From: Candidatus Aenigmatarchaeota archaeon
Lineage (GTDB): Archaea; Aenigmatarchaeota; Aenigmatarchaeia; QMZP01; QMZT01
Assembly: GCA_003663325.1 (NCBI GenBank)
Contig: QMZT01000002.1
Location: 731 to 64,730, forward strand
DNA length: 64,000 nucleotides
Direction of reading: 5' to 3'
In this document: positions 47,829 through 58,887 of the stretch, one piece after another
Layout of the letters: the number at the start of each line of letters is the position of its first letter
How positions within the stretch are numbered: position 1 is the stretch's first letter
Position numbers and translations under genes: made by a program
Notes under the pieces: generated by a model
Databases searched by the model: none
The model's input: only the letters and a program-made list of their open reading frames with translations
What the model was told of the DNA's origin: nothing

Positions 47829-48962
47829 ATGCTTTGGACAGAGAAATACAAGCCAAAAACAATAGAAGGTATAATTGGTCAAAAAAAGCAGAAGGAAGAG
47901 ATTCTAAACTTTATTAGAAATTTTAGACCAAAGGTAGCGATGCTTGTTTACGGGCCGCCGGGTGTTGGCAAAACACTCACAATTGAGGTTATAGCGTCCC
48001 AGGAGAAGTTATTATTGGTTTCGATGAATGCCTCAGATGTGAGAAATAAAACAGAGATAGAGCGGAATCTTTTGGAGATTTCCAAAGGAAAACCATTATT
48101 TTACAAAGGCGTGATTATACTAATAGATGAGGTTGATGGCATTGCTGGAAAAGACGATAAGGGGGCTGTAGGAGCCATAATAAATATAATAAAGCATTCA
48201 AAATACCCTGTGTTTTTGATAGCAAATGATCCATGGAAACCAAAATTAAGGGAGCTAAGAAAATACTGCAAAATGGTTAAATTTGGAAAAATAGATACAC
48301 GTTCCATTGAAAAGAAATTAAAAGAGATATGCAAGGCTGAGGGTATTGAGGTTGATGAAAAGGTAATAAAAAACCTTGCCAGGTGGAGTCAAGGCGACAT
48401 AAGGTCCGCTATAATTGATTTGCAGACATTGGGTGAGGGGAAGAAAAAGATAGTGGAGCGGGACCTAGAGATATTAGGGTACAGGGAAAGGGAGAACGAG
48501 ATATTTAATGTACTATTTACGATCTTCCATTCGGGAAGTATCATGGCGAGTAAAAGGGCAATAGATAGCTGTGATAAAGATGCAGATGAGATATTTTGGT
48601 GGATCGAGAATAATATAACAAAAGAGTTCAGCGATGCGAAGAAGATAGCAAAGGCATTTGATATACTATCAAAAGCAGACATATTCAGAAGTATTGTATC
48701 AAAACAACAAAATTGGAGGTTTAAATTGTATATGATAGATATGATAGCAAGTATCTCGCTTATAGGTAAAGAGGAGCATCACAAGTACATAAAATATGAA
48801 CCACCAAAAAAGATAAGTATGATGGCATTGACGAAGAGCAAAAGGGGCGAGCTGGAGGAATTGTACAGGGAGATAGGCAAGTATGTACACGCATCAACTG
48901 CTATTGTCAAAAAATATTATGTGCCATATTTAAAATATTTCGTGAAAGAAGCAAGCTCTTAG
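47829..48962 (+). CDS. rfcL: replication factor C large subunit
   Basis: MLWTEKYKPKTIEGIIGQ…VYGPPGVGKT…ILIDEVDGI… clamp-loader AAA+ motifs; 377 aa. Confidence 0.7.
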   Translation: MLWTEKYKPKTIEGIIGQKKQKEEILNFIRNFRPKVAMLVYGPPGVGKTLTIEVIASQEKLLLVSMNASDVRNKTEIERNLLEISKGKPLFYKGVIILIDEVDGIAGKDDKGAVGAIINIIKHSKYPVFLIANDPWKPKLRELRKYCKMVKFGKIDTRSIEKKLKEICKAEGIEVDEKVIKNLARWSQGDIRSAIIDLQTLGEGKKKIVERDLEILGYRERENEIFNVLFTIFHSGSIMASKRAIDSCDKDADEIFWWIENNITKEFSDAKKIAKAFDILSKADIFRSIVSKQQNWRFKLYMIDMIASISLIGKEEHHKYIKYEPPKKISMMALTKSKRGELEELYREIGKYVHASTAIVKKYYVPYLKYFVKEASS

Positions 48963-49910
48963 CTACTTCAGGTAAACATTTCCAAATTCTCTAGTGTAAA
49001 CATAATCGTCTTCTGTTTCGGCGGTTTTCTTATGCATTATCATTTCCGCAACCTTCGCATCCATAAAATCAGCAAAAAATATTGCCAATGCCTCTGGGAA
49101 TGCAGGCGTCTTTGCTGCTCCATACTCCATTTTTCCATGATGACTTAGAATTATATGTATTAACTTTATCCTATATAGCTCTGGTATCTCTATCTTTTCC
49201 AATCTTTTGATTAATTCCTCAATGCCTAGTATGGTATGACCAATTAGCATTCCTTCAGTGGACGTCCTTATACTTGTCTTAAGTTCAAATTCCTTTATCT
49301 TTCCTATATCATGCAATATCGCACCCGTTATGATAAGATCCCTATCTAATTCGGGGTAAAGATTCGTGATAAAATCGCATATTTTAACAACGTTAAGTGT
49401 ATGCTCAAGTAAGCCGCCGATCCACGAATGATGTTTATACATAGCTGCTGGCTGATTTTTGAATTTCTTTACAAAATCAAAATCGTTTATAAACAGCTCC
49501 AGAACCTTTTTTAAATACTCGTTTTTCACGGAGTTTGCATACGCTTTGATCTCTTTAAACATGCTCTCTATATCCTTTTCTGTAACCTTTATGAATTCCT
49601 TTAAATCATACTCCTCCGGCTTAAGAACCTTTATAATACCTTCTTTATCTACCGTTATCTCGATCTTGTTCCCATATACCGTTGTCTTTCCCTTGATGTA
49701 TATGATATCATCCTTTTTGATAGAATCATACAAACGTCTTACCTCTTCCTCATTGTTATCTCCCCAGTACTTAAGCATGATCTCCCCAGAACTATCGCCT
49801 ATTCTTAATTGAAATGCATATCCATTAGCATAGCTAGTCACGGGTTTCTTAAACTTGACCACAAACTTTCCCTCAATATCTTCGTACGGCTTAAGATTTT
49901 TTATAAGCAT
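48963..49910 (-). CDS. OB-fold + HD-domain phosphohydrolase (YhaM-like 3'-5' exonuclease family)
   Basis: N-terminal OB fold then …HSWIGGLLEHTLNV…ILHDIGK… HD motifs. Confidence 0.6.
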   Translation of the reverse strand: MLIKNLKPYEDIEGKFVVKFKKPVTSYANGYAFQLRIGDSSGEIMLKYWGDNNEEEVRRLYDSIKKDDIIYIKGKTTVYGNKIEITVDKEGIIKVLKPEEYDLKEFIKVTEKDIESMFKEIKAYANSVKNEYLKKVLELFINDFDFVKKFKNQPAAMYKHHSWIGGLLEHTLNVVKICDFITNLYPELDRDLIITGAILHDIGKIKEFELKTSIRTSTEGMLIGHTILGIEELIKRLEKIEIPELYRIKLIHIILSHHGKMEYGAAKTPAFPEALAIFFADFMDAKVAEMIMHKKTAETEDDYVYTREFGNVYLK

Positions 49911-49940
49911 AAAGATTGATTAATTTCAAAAATTAAAAGT

Positions 49941-51095
49941 TTAACTATCTCTTTTTAATGCATCAACTTTATCCGTTCTTTCCCATGTAAATTCTGGTTC
50001 GTTCCTTCCAAAATGACCGTAGCATGCTGTCTTTAAGAATATAGGTCTTCTTAGATTAAGCTCATTTATCATATTCTCTGGACTAAAATTGAAATTCTTC
50101 TTTACAGCATCGTAGATATTTTTTGCTGGTACTGTGTTTGTGCCATAGGTGTCAATGAATATTGATATTGGCTCGCTTCCGCCTATCACATACGAAAGCT
50201 GAACCTCACACCTACTTGCCAATCCAGCAGCGACTATATTCTTTGCTACATACCTTGCATAATATGCTGCCGTCCTGTCAACCTTTGTTGGATCTTTACC
50301 GCTAAACGCACCACCGCCATGATTACCAACACCACCATAGGTGTCTGCTATTATCTTTCTTCCCGTGCAGCCTGCATCAGCCACAGGCCCGCCAATAACA
50401 AATCTTCCAGTATTGTTTATGAAATATTTTGTTTTACTATCCAAATAATCCTCACAAACCGGCCTTATAACATGCTCCTTTATATCTTCCCTCAATTTTT
50501 CCATTTCTACATCTGGGTCATGTTGAGCAGCTATAACTACTGCCTCTATTCTTTTTGGCACATTTTTCTCGTACTCTATTGTAACCTGTGTCTTCCCATC
50601 TGGACGGAGATATTTGAGTGTGCCATTTTTTCTAACCTCTGCCAAGCGTTTTGCAAGTCTTTGGGCAAGCAGTATGGGCAAAGGCATCAGCTCCTCGGTT
50701 TCGCTTGTCGCATATCCTGTCATCATTCCTTGATCCCCAGCCCCTAACGCTTTTCTTTCAGTTTTGTTCACACCCATTGCTATATCTGGGCTTTGTTCAT
50801 GTATTGAGGTTAGTACACCAACGGTATGGTAATCAAATCCGTATTCTGGCTTATCATAACCAACATCTCTCAGCACATTTCTTGCAATTTGTTGAACATC
50901 AACCCATGCCTTGGTTGTTATCTCCCCTGTTACTATAATGAATCCCATTCCCGTCATTGTTTCACATGCAACCCTGGCCATAGGGTCCTGCTTTAAAATC
51001 TCATCCAAGACGGCATCGCTTATCTGATCGCATATCTTATCTGGGTGTCCCTCAGTCATTGCCTCTGATGTAAACAGGAATTTGCCACTCCTCAT
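49941..51095 (-). CDS. metK: S-adenosylmethionine synthetase, bacterial/eukaryotic-type (MetK)
   Basis: …[27 protein letters not shown]…ARVACET…, …GAGDQGMM… canonical MetK motifs; not the archaeal MAT fold. Confidence 0.9.
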   Translation of the reverse strand: MRSGKFLFTSEAMTEGHPDKICDQISDAVLDEILKQDPMARVACETMTGMGFIIVTGEITTKAWVDVQQIARNVLRDVGYDKPEYGFDYHTVGVLTSIHEQSPDIAMGVNKTERKALGAGDQGMMTGYATSETEELMPLPILLAQRLAKRLAEVRKNGTLKYLRPDGKTQVTIEYEKNVPKRIEAVVIAAQHDPDVEMEKLREDIKEHVIRPVCEDYLDSKTKYFINNTGRFVIGGPVADAGCTGRKIIADTYGGVGNHGGGAFSGKDPTKVDRTAAYYARYVAKNIVAAGLASRCEVQLSYVIGGSEPISIFIDTYGTNTVPAKNIYDAVKKNFNFSPENMINELNLRRPIFLKTACYGHFGRNEPEFTWERTDKVDALKRDS

Positions 51096-51191
51096 TACCT
51101 CACCTCCGAATATAGAAACTTGCCTTTACCCAAATAAAAAAGTTTGTATATACTACTATAGATTTTTATAACTAGTAGTTATATTTTAACT

Positions 51192-51725
51192 ATGAAGATA
51201 ACTGGGAAGTATATAAGGATGCTAAGAAAGAAGTACGGGCTGTCTCAGGAGGATTTAGCTAGAGCTGCAGGCATAACACAGGCACATATCGCAAAGATAG
51301 AGAATGATAAGGTTGATGCAAGGTTATCAACAATAAATAAAATAATGGGTGTGTTGGAAAAGGCTGGCATGAGGACAAGGTGCAAGGATATTATGACAAA
51401 AAATATCGTTGCTGCACACAAAAATGATAAAGTATCGGATGTTATTAAACTTATGAGAAAATATGGCATATCCCAATTACCTGTCATTGAGGATGGTAAG
51501 CAAATAGGTAGTGTTAGCGAGTCCTGCTTACTTAGTCATACGCATCTTGATTTTGACTATGTAAAGGTTGAAGAGATCATGGAAGATCCCATGCCAATGC
51601 TTTCAGAGAATGCAAGCATAGAAGACGTTAAGAAGCTTTTAGAAATAAGCCCAAGTGTTATAATAATAAGCAAGGGCAAGATAGCTGGTATAGTAACAAA
51701 GTCTGATTTGTTAAAGGTTAAGTGA
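51192..51725 (+). CDS. HTH (XRE-type) transcriptional regulator with tandem CBS domains
   Basis: …LRKKYGLSQEDLARAAGITQAHIAKIEN… HTH followed by two CBS repeats. Confidence 0.7.
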   Translation: MKITGKYIRMLRKKYGLSQEDLARAAGITQAHIAKIENDKVDARLSTINKIMGVLEKAGMRTRCKDIMTKNIVAAHKNDKVSDVIKLMRKYGISQLPVIEDGKQIGSVSESCLLSHTHLDFDYVKVEEIMEDPMPMLSENASIEDVKKLLEISPSVIIISKGKIAGIVTKSDLLKVK

Positions 51726-51732
51726 TCCCATT

Positions 51733-52620
51733 CTATACCAAGCTTTCAACATGCTTAGCCACTCCTTCAGGATCATTATAGAAGTTGCTGAAAGTGTAGC
51801 AAAACATCACCTTAAAACACCTTTCATGGTTTGTTTCCTGCTCGCTTTTTATTAACAGCTTATGACACATTTCATTAAGTATAGTCCCAATTCTATGACA
51901 CATCCCAGCGGTATCTATACAGCTTGGTATATTTTTTTCATTAATAGCTGATTCACATTTTTTATCAAATTCCCTTAAATTGATTCTGCTTTCTAAAATT
52001 AGTGCAAGCCTCTTTTCTATTTTTAGAAAATCAACGGCACATTCCTCATACTTGCTCTCATTTTTAGAAAATTCTTTGCATTTTGAACTGAACAGCCTGC
52101 CGATCACTTCTGAAGCCATACCTTTATACCGTATAACGTAGTACAATCCAATTATATCATACAACTTCTCTACGAGAAGAAAACCTTCTTTAGGGTATCT
52201 CTCATTTATAAAAGCGCTAAAACTGTCTGTAATATCTTTAAGTGCTAGAGAAGTTGGTAGCTTGGCTGCTAATGGTATATAGGGGCTTGGAATATCTTCT
52301 ATGTCTTTTATAAGTTCTGTGTCACATGTCTCAAGGGGTACTACTACCAACATCTCTACTTTAGATTTGTTTCCAGCCAAATCTTGTGTAAGTAGCCTCG
52401 TGCTATTAATTGCACAAATGGATTTCAACTTTTCGAGCTTTTTAAAAACATCCTGCTCACTCCCTTCTAAACGAAGTTGACCAAAAGAAAAAGCACGCCT
52501 ATACCTATGAACAAATTTTGTTGTCATTGAGCCCAGAGCGTTAACAATGGATACGTAAAATAAAGATGCACAGACAAGACTTATGATAGCCAAAGCTGCG
52601 ATGATAGTTGAATCCTTCAT
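51733..52620 (-). CDS. hypothetical protein with N-terminal TM helix and Cys-rich C-terminus
   Basis: ORF only. Confidence 0.35.
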   Translation of the reverse strand: MKDSTIIAALAIISLVCASLFYVSIVNALGSMTTKFVHRYRRAFSFGQLRLEGSEQDVFKKLEKLKSICAINSTRLLTQDLAGNKSKVEMLVVVPLETCDTELIKDIEDIPSPYIPLAAKLPTSLALKDITDSFSAFINERYPKEGFLLVEKLYDIIGLYYVIRYKGMASEVIGRLFSSKCKEFSKNESKYEECAVDFLKIEKRLALILESRINLREFDKKCESAINEKNIPSCIDTAGMCHRIGTILNEMCHKLLIKSEQETNHERCFKVMFCYTFSNFYNDPEGVAKHVESLV

Positions 52621-52682
52621 TTTATATTCTTTTGTTTTGAGATATATAAGAATTTATAAGCCTGCAAAACCAATATATCTAA

Positions 52683-53285
52683 ATGAGGCTGCTAAAAGCT
52701 TTTCTGGTTGTGGTGATCTCCAACATAATATTTTCGGTTTCAAGATTTTATAGTACCATTTCCTTTACCTATTTAACAGTAAACATTATATCTTCGTTTT
52801 CATATCCTGCCTCTACTATTCTATATACCTTAATAATGGTCTTGATTACAGCGGTGTTTTTGGGTATTATAACATGGGTTGTGAGAGCTTTATTATCAGC
52901 TAAGTTAGCTGAGCTTATTTTCCATTCAAAGGCAGAACTTAGAGATGTTGTTAGCGATTTTGGTCTTGCACATTTTCCTCTTATTTTTTCAGCTATTCCT
53001 CTCTTAATGCCGTTCTTCCTGTTTTTAAATAATCTCTCTATATTTTTATCCTTATTTTTAGGTATATTTCTTATCTTGCTCATGTACTTCTTCTTCATTG
53101 AGATAATTGCAAGCTATTATGATATCGGGTTAAAGAATGGCCTTGCAGTAACAGCCTTAGTTGAGCTGATTCTTTTTTTGATTTCCATTCCTATTGGTTT
53201 CATAACGGGCCACCAATTATTACAAATTTCAAGCATAAACATAGCAAGTATGCAAAGTTTTATGAACACGTATAAAACAATTTAA
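52683..53285 (+). CDS. hypothetical integral membrane protein
   Basis: Five or more TM helices; no motif. Confidence 0.35.
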   Translation: MRLLKAFLVVVISNIIFSVSRFYSTISFTYLTVNIISSFSYPASTILYTLIMVLITAVFLGIITWVVRALLSAKLAELIFHSKAELRDVVSDFGLAHFPLIFSAIPLLMPFFLFLNNLSIFLSLFLGIFLILLMYFFFIEIIASYYDIGLKNGLAVTALVELILFLISIPIGFITGHQLLQISSINIASMQSFMNTYKTI

Positions 53286-53308
53286 ACCTTAGGAAGATAA
53301 AACTCTTT

Positions 53309-54253
53309 ATGAAGTTCGAGATCTGGACAGAGAAGTACAGGCCAAAAAGGTTGGATGAGGTTATAAACCAAAGGCATGTGGTTAGTAGACTAAAGGTATG
53401 GGTAAAGGCAGGTAGTATTCCAAATTTGCTTTTTGCTGGACCGGCTGGTGTTGGTAAAACAACAGTGGCTTTATGTTTGGCAAAAGAGTTGTTTGGTGAG
53501 CATTGGCAGGAAAACTTTCAAGAGACAAACGCAAGTGATGAGAGGGGGATAAATGTTATAAGGGGCAGGATAAAGGACTTTGCAAGAACAAAGCCTATAG
53601 GCGCTGATTTCAAGATAGTGTTTCTCGATGAAAGCGATGCATTAACACCCGAGGCGCAGCAAGCATTAAGAAGAACTATGGAAAGGTTTTCAAATATATG
53701 CAGGTTCATACTAAGTTGCAATTATTCAAGTCATATAATAGAGCCCATTCAGTCCAGATGCGCTATATTTAGATTTAAAAGGCTTAGCAAGGAAGATGTG
53801 AAGGCCTATATAAAAAGGATTGTAGAGAATGAAGGTATAGAAATAGATGAAAGCGGGTATAGTGCATTATTTGAAATAAGCGAGGGGGATTTGAGAAGCG
53901 CAACAAACCTGCTGCAAGCTGCATCTACACTTGGAAAAATTACAAGGGATAGTATTTACGAAGCTGCTTCTCTTGCTAAACCAGAAGATATTAAGGAAAT
54001 GATAAAGTATGCATTAAATGGAGAGTTTGATAAAGCCAAAGAGAAGCTTTATGATTTGTTAATAAACCAGGGTTTGGCAGGAGAGGATATAATAAAGAAT
54101 ATGCATCGCTTGATATATGAATTGCAGATACCTAATGAAAAGAAGATAGAGCTCTTATCAAAAGTAGCTGAGTATGAATTTAGACTAAACCAAGGCGGGA
54201 GTGCTGAGATACAACTTGAGGCATTACTTGCCCAGTTTATGAGCCTTAGCTAA
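53309..54253 (+). CDS. rfcS: replication factor C small subunit
   Basis: …WTEKYRPKRLDEV…FAGPAGVGKTT…FLDESDAL…SRC… clamp-loader motifs. Confidence 0.85.
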   Translation: MKFEIWTEKYRPKRLDEVINQRHVVSRLKVWVKAGSIPNLLFAGPAGVGKTTVALCLAKELFGEHWQENFQETNASDERGINVIRGRIKDFARTKPIGADFKIVFLDESDALTPEAQQALRRTMERFSNICRFILSCNYSSHIIEPIQSRCAIFRFKRLSKEDVKAYIKRIVENEGIEIDESGYSALFEISEGDLRSATNLLQAASTLGKITRDSIYEAASLAKPEDIKEMIKYALNGEFDKAKEKLYDLLINQGLAGEDIIKNMHRLIYELQIPNEKKIELLSKVAEYEFRLNQGGSAEIQLEALLAQFMSLS

Positions 54254-57200
54254 ATTCTTATCTTTTTTATTACATCAAAATTATTTATTATATTTATTGT
54301 TGCCTTTCCAATAACCTCTTTTATTGCCTTTATCTCCCTCTCGCTAAATATCTTTCCCTCTATCTTTACTATATCTTTCATCCCGTACTTTTTACTTGGC
54401 ACATTTACCGCAACAAGTATTGTCGAGTTTGGCAATCTTTCTCTTATTCTTAACTTTTCTAGCAGTTCAAATGCCTTTCCTGGCGCTATGTGATCTATAA
54501 CACTCCCATATGCTATCTTCCCTACCTTGAGCTCCTTGCTCATATTTTCCCTCCAATACTCCTTCATATCCCTTACGTTAAACAATGGCCTTGCCTTTAT
54601 AGCATCTAAAAATTTATGTAAAAATTGTTTGTTTGAGATTAAGAATACATTTCTTTTTGCAAATTTTTTTCTTAGCTCGCCAGATTTTGTTAGATCTATA
54701 ATAAGCTCAGGCTTAGTATTACCATTCACATTAAATCCAGCCTCAGTAAGTGCTTTAATAACATCCTTTTTAACACCCCTTACCATAACATTTCCTCTAA
54801 TGCCAAAAACACACTCCGTTGCCATAATGGCTTTTAGTAATGCTTCCTCTAAACTTTTTCCTAAGCATGCAACCTCTCCTGTTGATTTCATCTCCACACC
54901 ACATACGGGGTCTATGTTATCAAACCTGCTCCAAGAGAACATGGGCATTTTAACACCTACTATCCTTACCTCTGGCATTTCAACCTCTTTGCTTATAGGC
55001 TCGTTAAGCATGCATCTTGTAGCCAGTCTTATCAAATTTACACCTGTAACCTTGCTAACAAATGGTAGTGAACGGGATGCCCTTAGATTGCATTCTATAA
55101 CGTAAATATCACCATTCTTAACTAGATATTGTATATTGAATGGACCTTTTATTGAAAGCTCCCTTGCTATCGTTTTTGTATACCTAACTATTTTGTTCCT
55201 TACCTCCTTGCCTATGGAAAATGTGGGTATTACCATGCTTGCATCTCCCGAATGAACACCAGCATTCTCTATATGCTCTATTACAGCCCCTATAAAGACA
55301 TTCTTTCCATCACAAACCCCATCAACCTCCACCTCTCTCGCATGTTCTATGAATTTTGAAATAACAGCAGGATGCTCCTTTGATATATCTGTGTTTTCCC
55401 TTACATACCCCAGAAGCTCTTTTTCATTTCTTGCTATGAACATTGATGTCCCGGAAAGAACATAGGACGGCCTTATTATGACAGGGTATCCTATTCTTTT
55501 TGAAAATCTTAACATATCCTTTATGCTTGAAAATGATCTCCATGCAGGCTGTTTTATACCAAGCTTATCTATTATTCTCGAAAATTTGTGCCTGTTTTCT
55601 GCGCAATCAATATCACTTCCAAATGTACCAAGCAATGTCACATTTCTTTTTGCTAAAGGGTATGCAAGATTGTTTGCAACCTGACCACCAACGGAAACAA
55701 TAACACCAAGAGGTTTTTCAAACTCTACTATGTCCAGCACCCTCTCTAACGTTAGCTCTTCAAAGTATAGTTTGTCTGAGGTGTCATAGTCGGTACTTAC
55801 AGTTTCAGGATTACAGTTAACGACTATAGTTTCTATTTTTTTCTTTCTGAGTTCCCATATGCAATTCACAGTGCACCAATCAAATTCCACACTTGAACCT
55901 ATTGTTATGGGTCCTGCTCCCAAAACTATGATACTTGCCTTCCTTCCCCTTTTCACATCATTTTTGCGTGCATTGTACGTCACATAAAGATAGTTTGTTC
56001 TTGCAGGATACTCTGCAGCAAGCGTATCTATTTGCTTTATGGCGGGTATTATTTTGTATTTTTTTCTTAGCCCCCGTATTTTATCTTCTGAAACCTTCAT
56101 AAGCTTTGCTATCTGTTTGTCAGAAAAGCCGAGCCTTTTATATTTTCTTAGCTTCTCTCCAATATCTTTGCAAGATATTCTCATATTCTTTATTTCCCTA
56201 TAAGCATCAGCTATGTTCTTTATCTTGTAAAGGAAGAATTTATCTATTCCCGTTATTTCGTTTATCTTCTCCACACTAACGCCCCTTACCATAGCTTCTG
56301 CTATAGCAAATATCCTTTTGTCGCTTGCCATTTTTATTTCTTCCATACACCTCTTCAATCCCATGTGCATGTCACACAACTCTTGGCCAAGCATCCTCAC
56401 GGCTTTTTGTATAGCCTCCTCTATTGAGCCTGCTATCGCCATCACCTCTCCCACGGATTTCATTTGGCTTGTAAGAACCCTGCTAACATCTTTTCCGAAC
56501 TTTCTGAATTCCCATTTTGGCATCTTTATAACTACATAATCCAAGGCTGGCTCAAAGAATGCAGAAGTTGCAAGCGTGACCATATTTTTAAGTTCTGAAA
56601 GCCTATAACCCAATGCGAGCTTTGCAGCAATATATGCTAGGGGATAGCCTGTAGCCTTAGAAGCCAGAGCAGAGGAGCGGGACAGCCTAGCATTCACCTC
56701 AATAACATAATATTCCTTGCCCTTTGGATTTAACGCAAATTGTACATTGCACTCGCCAACTATTCCAAGGCTTTTAACTATCTTTATAGCTGCGCTTCTG
56801 AGCATGTGGTATTCTTCATTGGTTAATGTTTGAGAAGGAGCAACAACTATGCTATCGCCTGTATGTATACCCATTGGGTCAATGTTCTCCATATTACAAA
56901 CGGTTATGCAATTATCGTATTTATCTCTAACTACCTCATATTCCACTTCCTTCCAATGATAAAGGTACTTTTCAATTAGCACCTCCTTTATCATCGAATG
57001 TGCTATTCCCTGCTTGGCTATTTCTCTAAGCTGTTTCTCATCCCATGCTACACCGCTTCCTAAACCACCAAGTATGTATGCTGGCCTTACTATAACAGGA
57101 TATCCTATCTTTTCTGCCTTGATCAAACACTCCTCTATGCTATTCGCTGAAGCGCTGGGCGGCGTTGGAATGCCTATTCTTTTCATAAATCTCTTAAACT

Positions 57201-57594
57201 CTTCTCTACTTTCTGTTTTAGCTATGGCACTAACAGGTGTTCCTATAACCTTAACTCCATACTTATTAAGTATGCCATTTTCATAAAGTTTCACACCAAC
57301 ATTTAAGGCTGTTTGACCACCAAACCCTAAAAGAATTGCATCTGGTCTTTCCCTTTCTATAACCTTTTCCACAAATTCTGGTGTTATTGGCTCTAAATAT
57401 ACTTTATCTGCAAGCTCATAGGATGTTTGGATTGTTGCAACATTTGGATTTATTAGTATGCTTTTTATTCCTTCCTCCCTTAGTGCCTTTAATGCCTGCG
57501 AACCACTATAATCGAACTCTGCGGCTTGTCCTATCCTTATTCCGCCAGAACCTATAACCAAGACCTTTTTTACGCTTTCTTTCATCTTATCCAC
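54250..57594 (-). CDS. carB: carbamoyl-phosphate synthase large subunit
   Basis: 1114 aa with duplicated ATP-grasp halves (…KVLVIGSGGIRIGQAAEFDYSG…; …IIVLGAGPITIGSSVEFDWC…). Confidence 0.9.
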   Translation of the reverse strand: MDKMKESVKKVLVIGSGGIRIGQAAEFDYSGSQALKALREEGIKSILINPNVATIQTSYELADKVYLEPITPEFVEKVIERERPDAILLGFGGQTALNVGVKLYENGILNKYGVKVIGTPVSAIAKTESREEFKRFMKRIGIPTPPSASANSIEECLIKAEKIGYPVIVRPAYILGGLGSGVAWDEKQLREIAKQGIAHSMIKEVLIEKYLYHWKEVEYEVVRDKYDNCITVCNMENIDPMGIHTGDSIVVAPSQTLTNEEYHMLRSAAIKIVKSLGIVGECNVQFALNPKGKEYYVIEVNARLSRSSALASKATGYPLAYIAAKLALGYRLSELKNMVTLATSAFFEPALDYVVIKMPKWEFRKFGKDVSRVLTSQMKSVGEVMAIAGSIEEAIQKAVRMLGQELCDMHMGLKRCMEEIKMASDKRIFAIAEAMVRGVSVEKINEITGIDKFFLYKIKNIADAYREIKNMRISCKDIGEKLRKYKRLGFSDKQIAKLMKVSEDKIRGLRKKYKIIPAIKQIDTLAAEYPARTNYLYVTYNARKNDVKRGRKASIIVLGAGPITIGSSVEFDWCTVNCIWELRKKKIETIVVNCNPETVSTDYDTSDKLYFEELTLERVLDIVEFEKPLGVIVSVGGQVANNLAYPLAKRNVTLLGTFGSDIDCAENRHKFSRIIDKLGIKQPAWRSFSSIKDMLRFSKRIGYPVIIRPSYVLSGTSMFIARNEKELLGYVRENTDISKEHPAVISKFIEHAREVEVDGVCDGKNVFIGAVIEHIENAGVHSGDASMVIPTFSIGKEVRNKIVRYTKTIARELSIKGPFNIQYLVKNGDIYVIECNLRASRSLPFVSKVTGVNLIRLATRCMLNEPISKEVEMPEVRIVGVKMPMFSWSRFDNIDPVCGVEMKSTGEVACLGKSLEEALLKAIMATECVFGIRGNVMVRGVKKDVIKALTEAGFNVNGNTKPELIIDLTKSGELRKKFAKRNVFLISNKQFLHKFLDAIKARPLFNVRDMKEYWRENMSKELKVGKIAYGSVIDHIAPGKAFELLEKLRIRERLPNSTILVAVNVPSKKYGMKDIVKIEGKIFSEREIKAIKEVIGKATINIINNFDVIKKIRI

Positions 57595-58625
57595 CTTAGA
57601 AATTCATCAAACAAGAAGTTTGTATCGTTTGGTCCTGGTCTTGCCTCTGGATGGAATTGCACACCTATTATTGGCATCTTTTTGTGTCTTATACCCTCAA
57701 CGCTGTTATCATTCAAGCTCTTAAAAAGTATTTCTATATCCTTCATTCTTTCCTCCTTTACCGCAAACCCATGGTTTTGGGAAGTTATAAAACATCTCCC
57801 ATTGCTCATAATGACTGGATGGTTTTGTCCCCTGTGCCCAAACTTCATTTTATATGTTTGCATACCAAGTGCCAGGGCTATTATTTGGTGTCCAAGGCAT
57901 ATACCCATCAATGGTATTTTGTACTCTACCAGCTCTTTTGCGGTCTTAATCACATAATCGGCTTTTCTTGGATCTCCTGGTCCGTTAGATATCAAAACGG
58001 CTTCTGGGCTGAGATCCATTATCCTTTCTGCCGTAAAGGTTGCTGGCACTCTTAAAACCTGCATTCCTCTTTCTAAGAGGGAATTTATTATACCCATCTT
58101 CACACCACAATCTATAACAGCTATTCTCTTTTTTCCATCTCCATAAATAACAGGCTCTTTAATCGTTACCTTTCTTACCAAATCCTCCTTGTTTGGATCC
58201 CAAATGCATCTTGCCTTCTTTTTCAACTCCTTTATATCATAATCACCTATGCAAAGTATTCCAAGCATCGTACCTCTTACTCTTAGCTTTTTTGTAAGCT
58301 CCCTCGTGTCTATTCCCTCAAGATATGGTATATTTTCCTTTACTAACCATTTCAGGAGTGGTTTATTTGATTTATAATGTGATGGCAGCGCGCATAGTTC
58401 TCTAACCAAATAGCCTTCAACCTTTATTCCATCGGACTCAAAAAAATCCTTACAAAAGCTATAATTTCCTATTAATGGGTAGGTTTGGCAAAGTATTTGG
58501 CCTTTATATGAAGGATCAGTAAGAGATTCTACATAGCCTACCATCCCCGTATTAAATACAACCTCTCCCTCAACTTTGCCTTCAATGCCATAGCTATAGC
58601 CATGCCAAATACTCCCATCTTCCAA
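57582..58625 (-). CDS. carA: carbamoyl-phosphate synthase small subunit (glutamine amidotransferase)
   Basis: …GICLGHQI… catalytic Cys, …HPE… His; overlaps carB. Confidence 0.9.
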   Translation of the reverse strand: MEDGSIWHGYSYGIEGKVEGEVVFNTGMVGYVESLTDPSYKGQILCQTYPLIGNYSFCKDFFESDGIKVEGYLVRELCALPSHYKSNKPLLKWLVKENIPYLEGIDTRELTKKLRVRGTMLGILCIGDYDIKELKKKARCIWDPNKEDLVRKVTIKEPVIYGDGKKRIAVIDCGVKMGIINSLLERGMQVLRVPATFTAERIMDLSPEAVLISNGPGDPRKADYVIKTAKELVEYKIPLMGICLGHQIIALALGMQTYKMKFGHRGQNHPVIMSNGRCFITSQNHGFAVKEERMKDIEILFKSLNDNSVEGIRHKKMPIIGVQFHPEARPGPNDTNFLFDEFLRWIR

Positions 58626-58887
58626 AACTAGAACCCCTTTTTTCTTTTCCTTTTCTTTGCTCAGGCTTGCTATAAAAACCCTTCTAATTTTTATATTTTA
58701 TCTATAAAAAATTTTTTCTCTTAATCTTAAACATGGTATATCCTTTAGCTTTGATGATTTTGCAACAGAGCTTGGCGAGCTAGAGGTAAAGAAAAAGAGG
58801 AAATATGACAGGATATGGAAAACGGGTTATGGGGGAAGCATATGCTGTAAGCCAATAATAGCAAACAATAAGATTTTCTTTGGCGCT

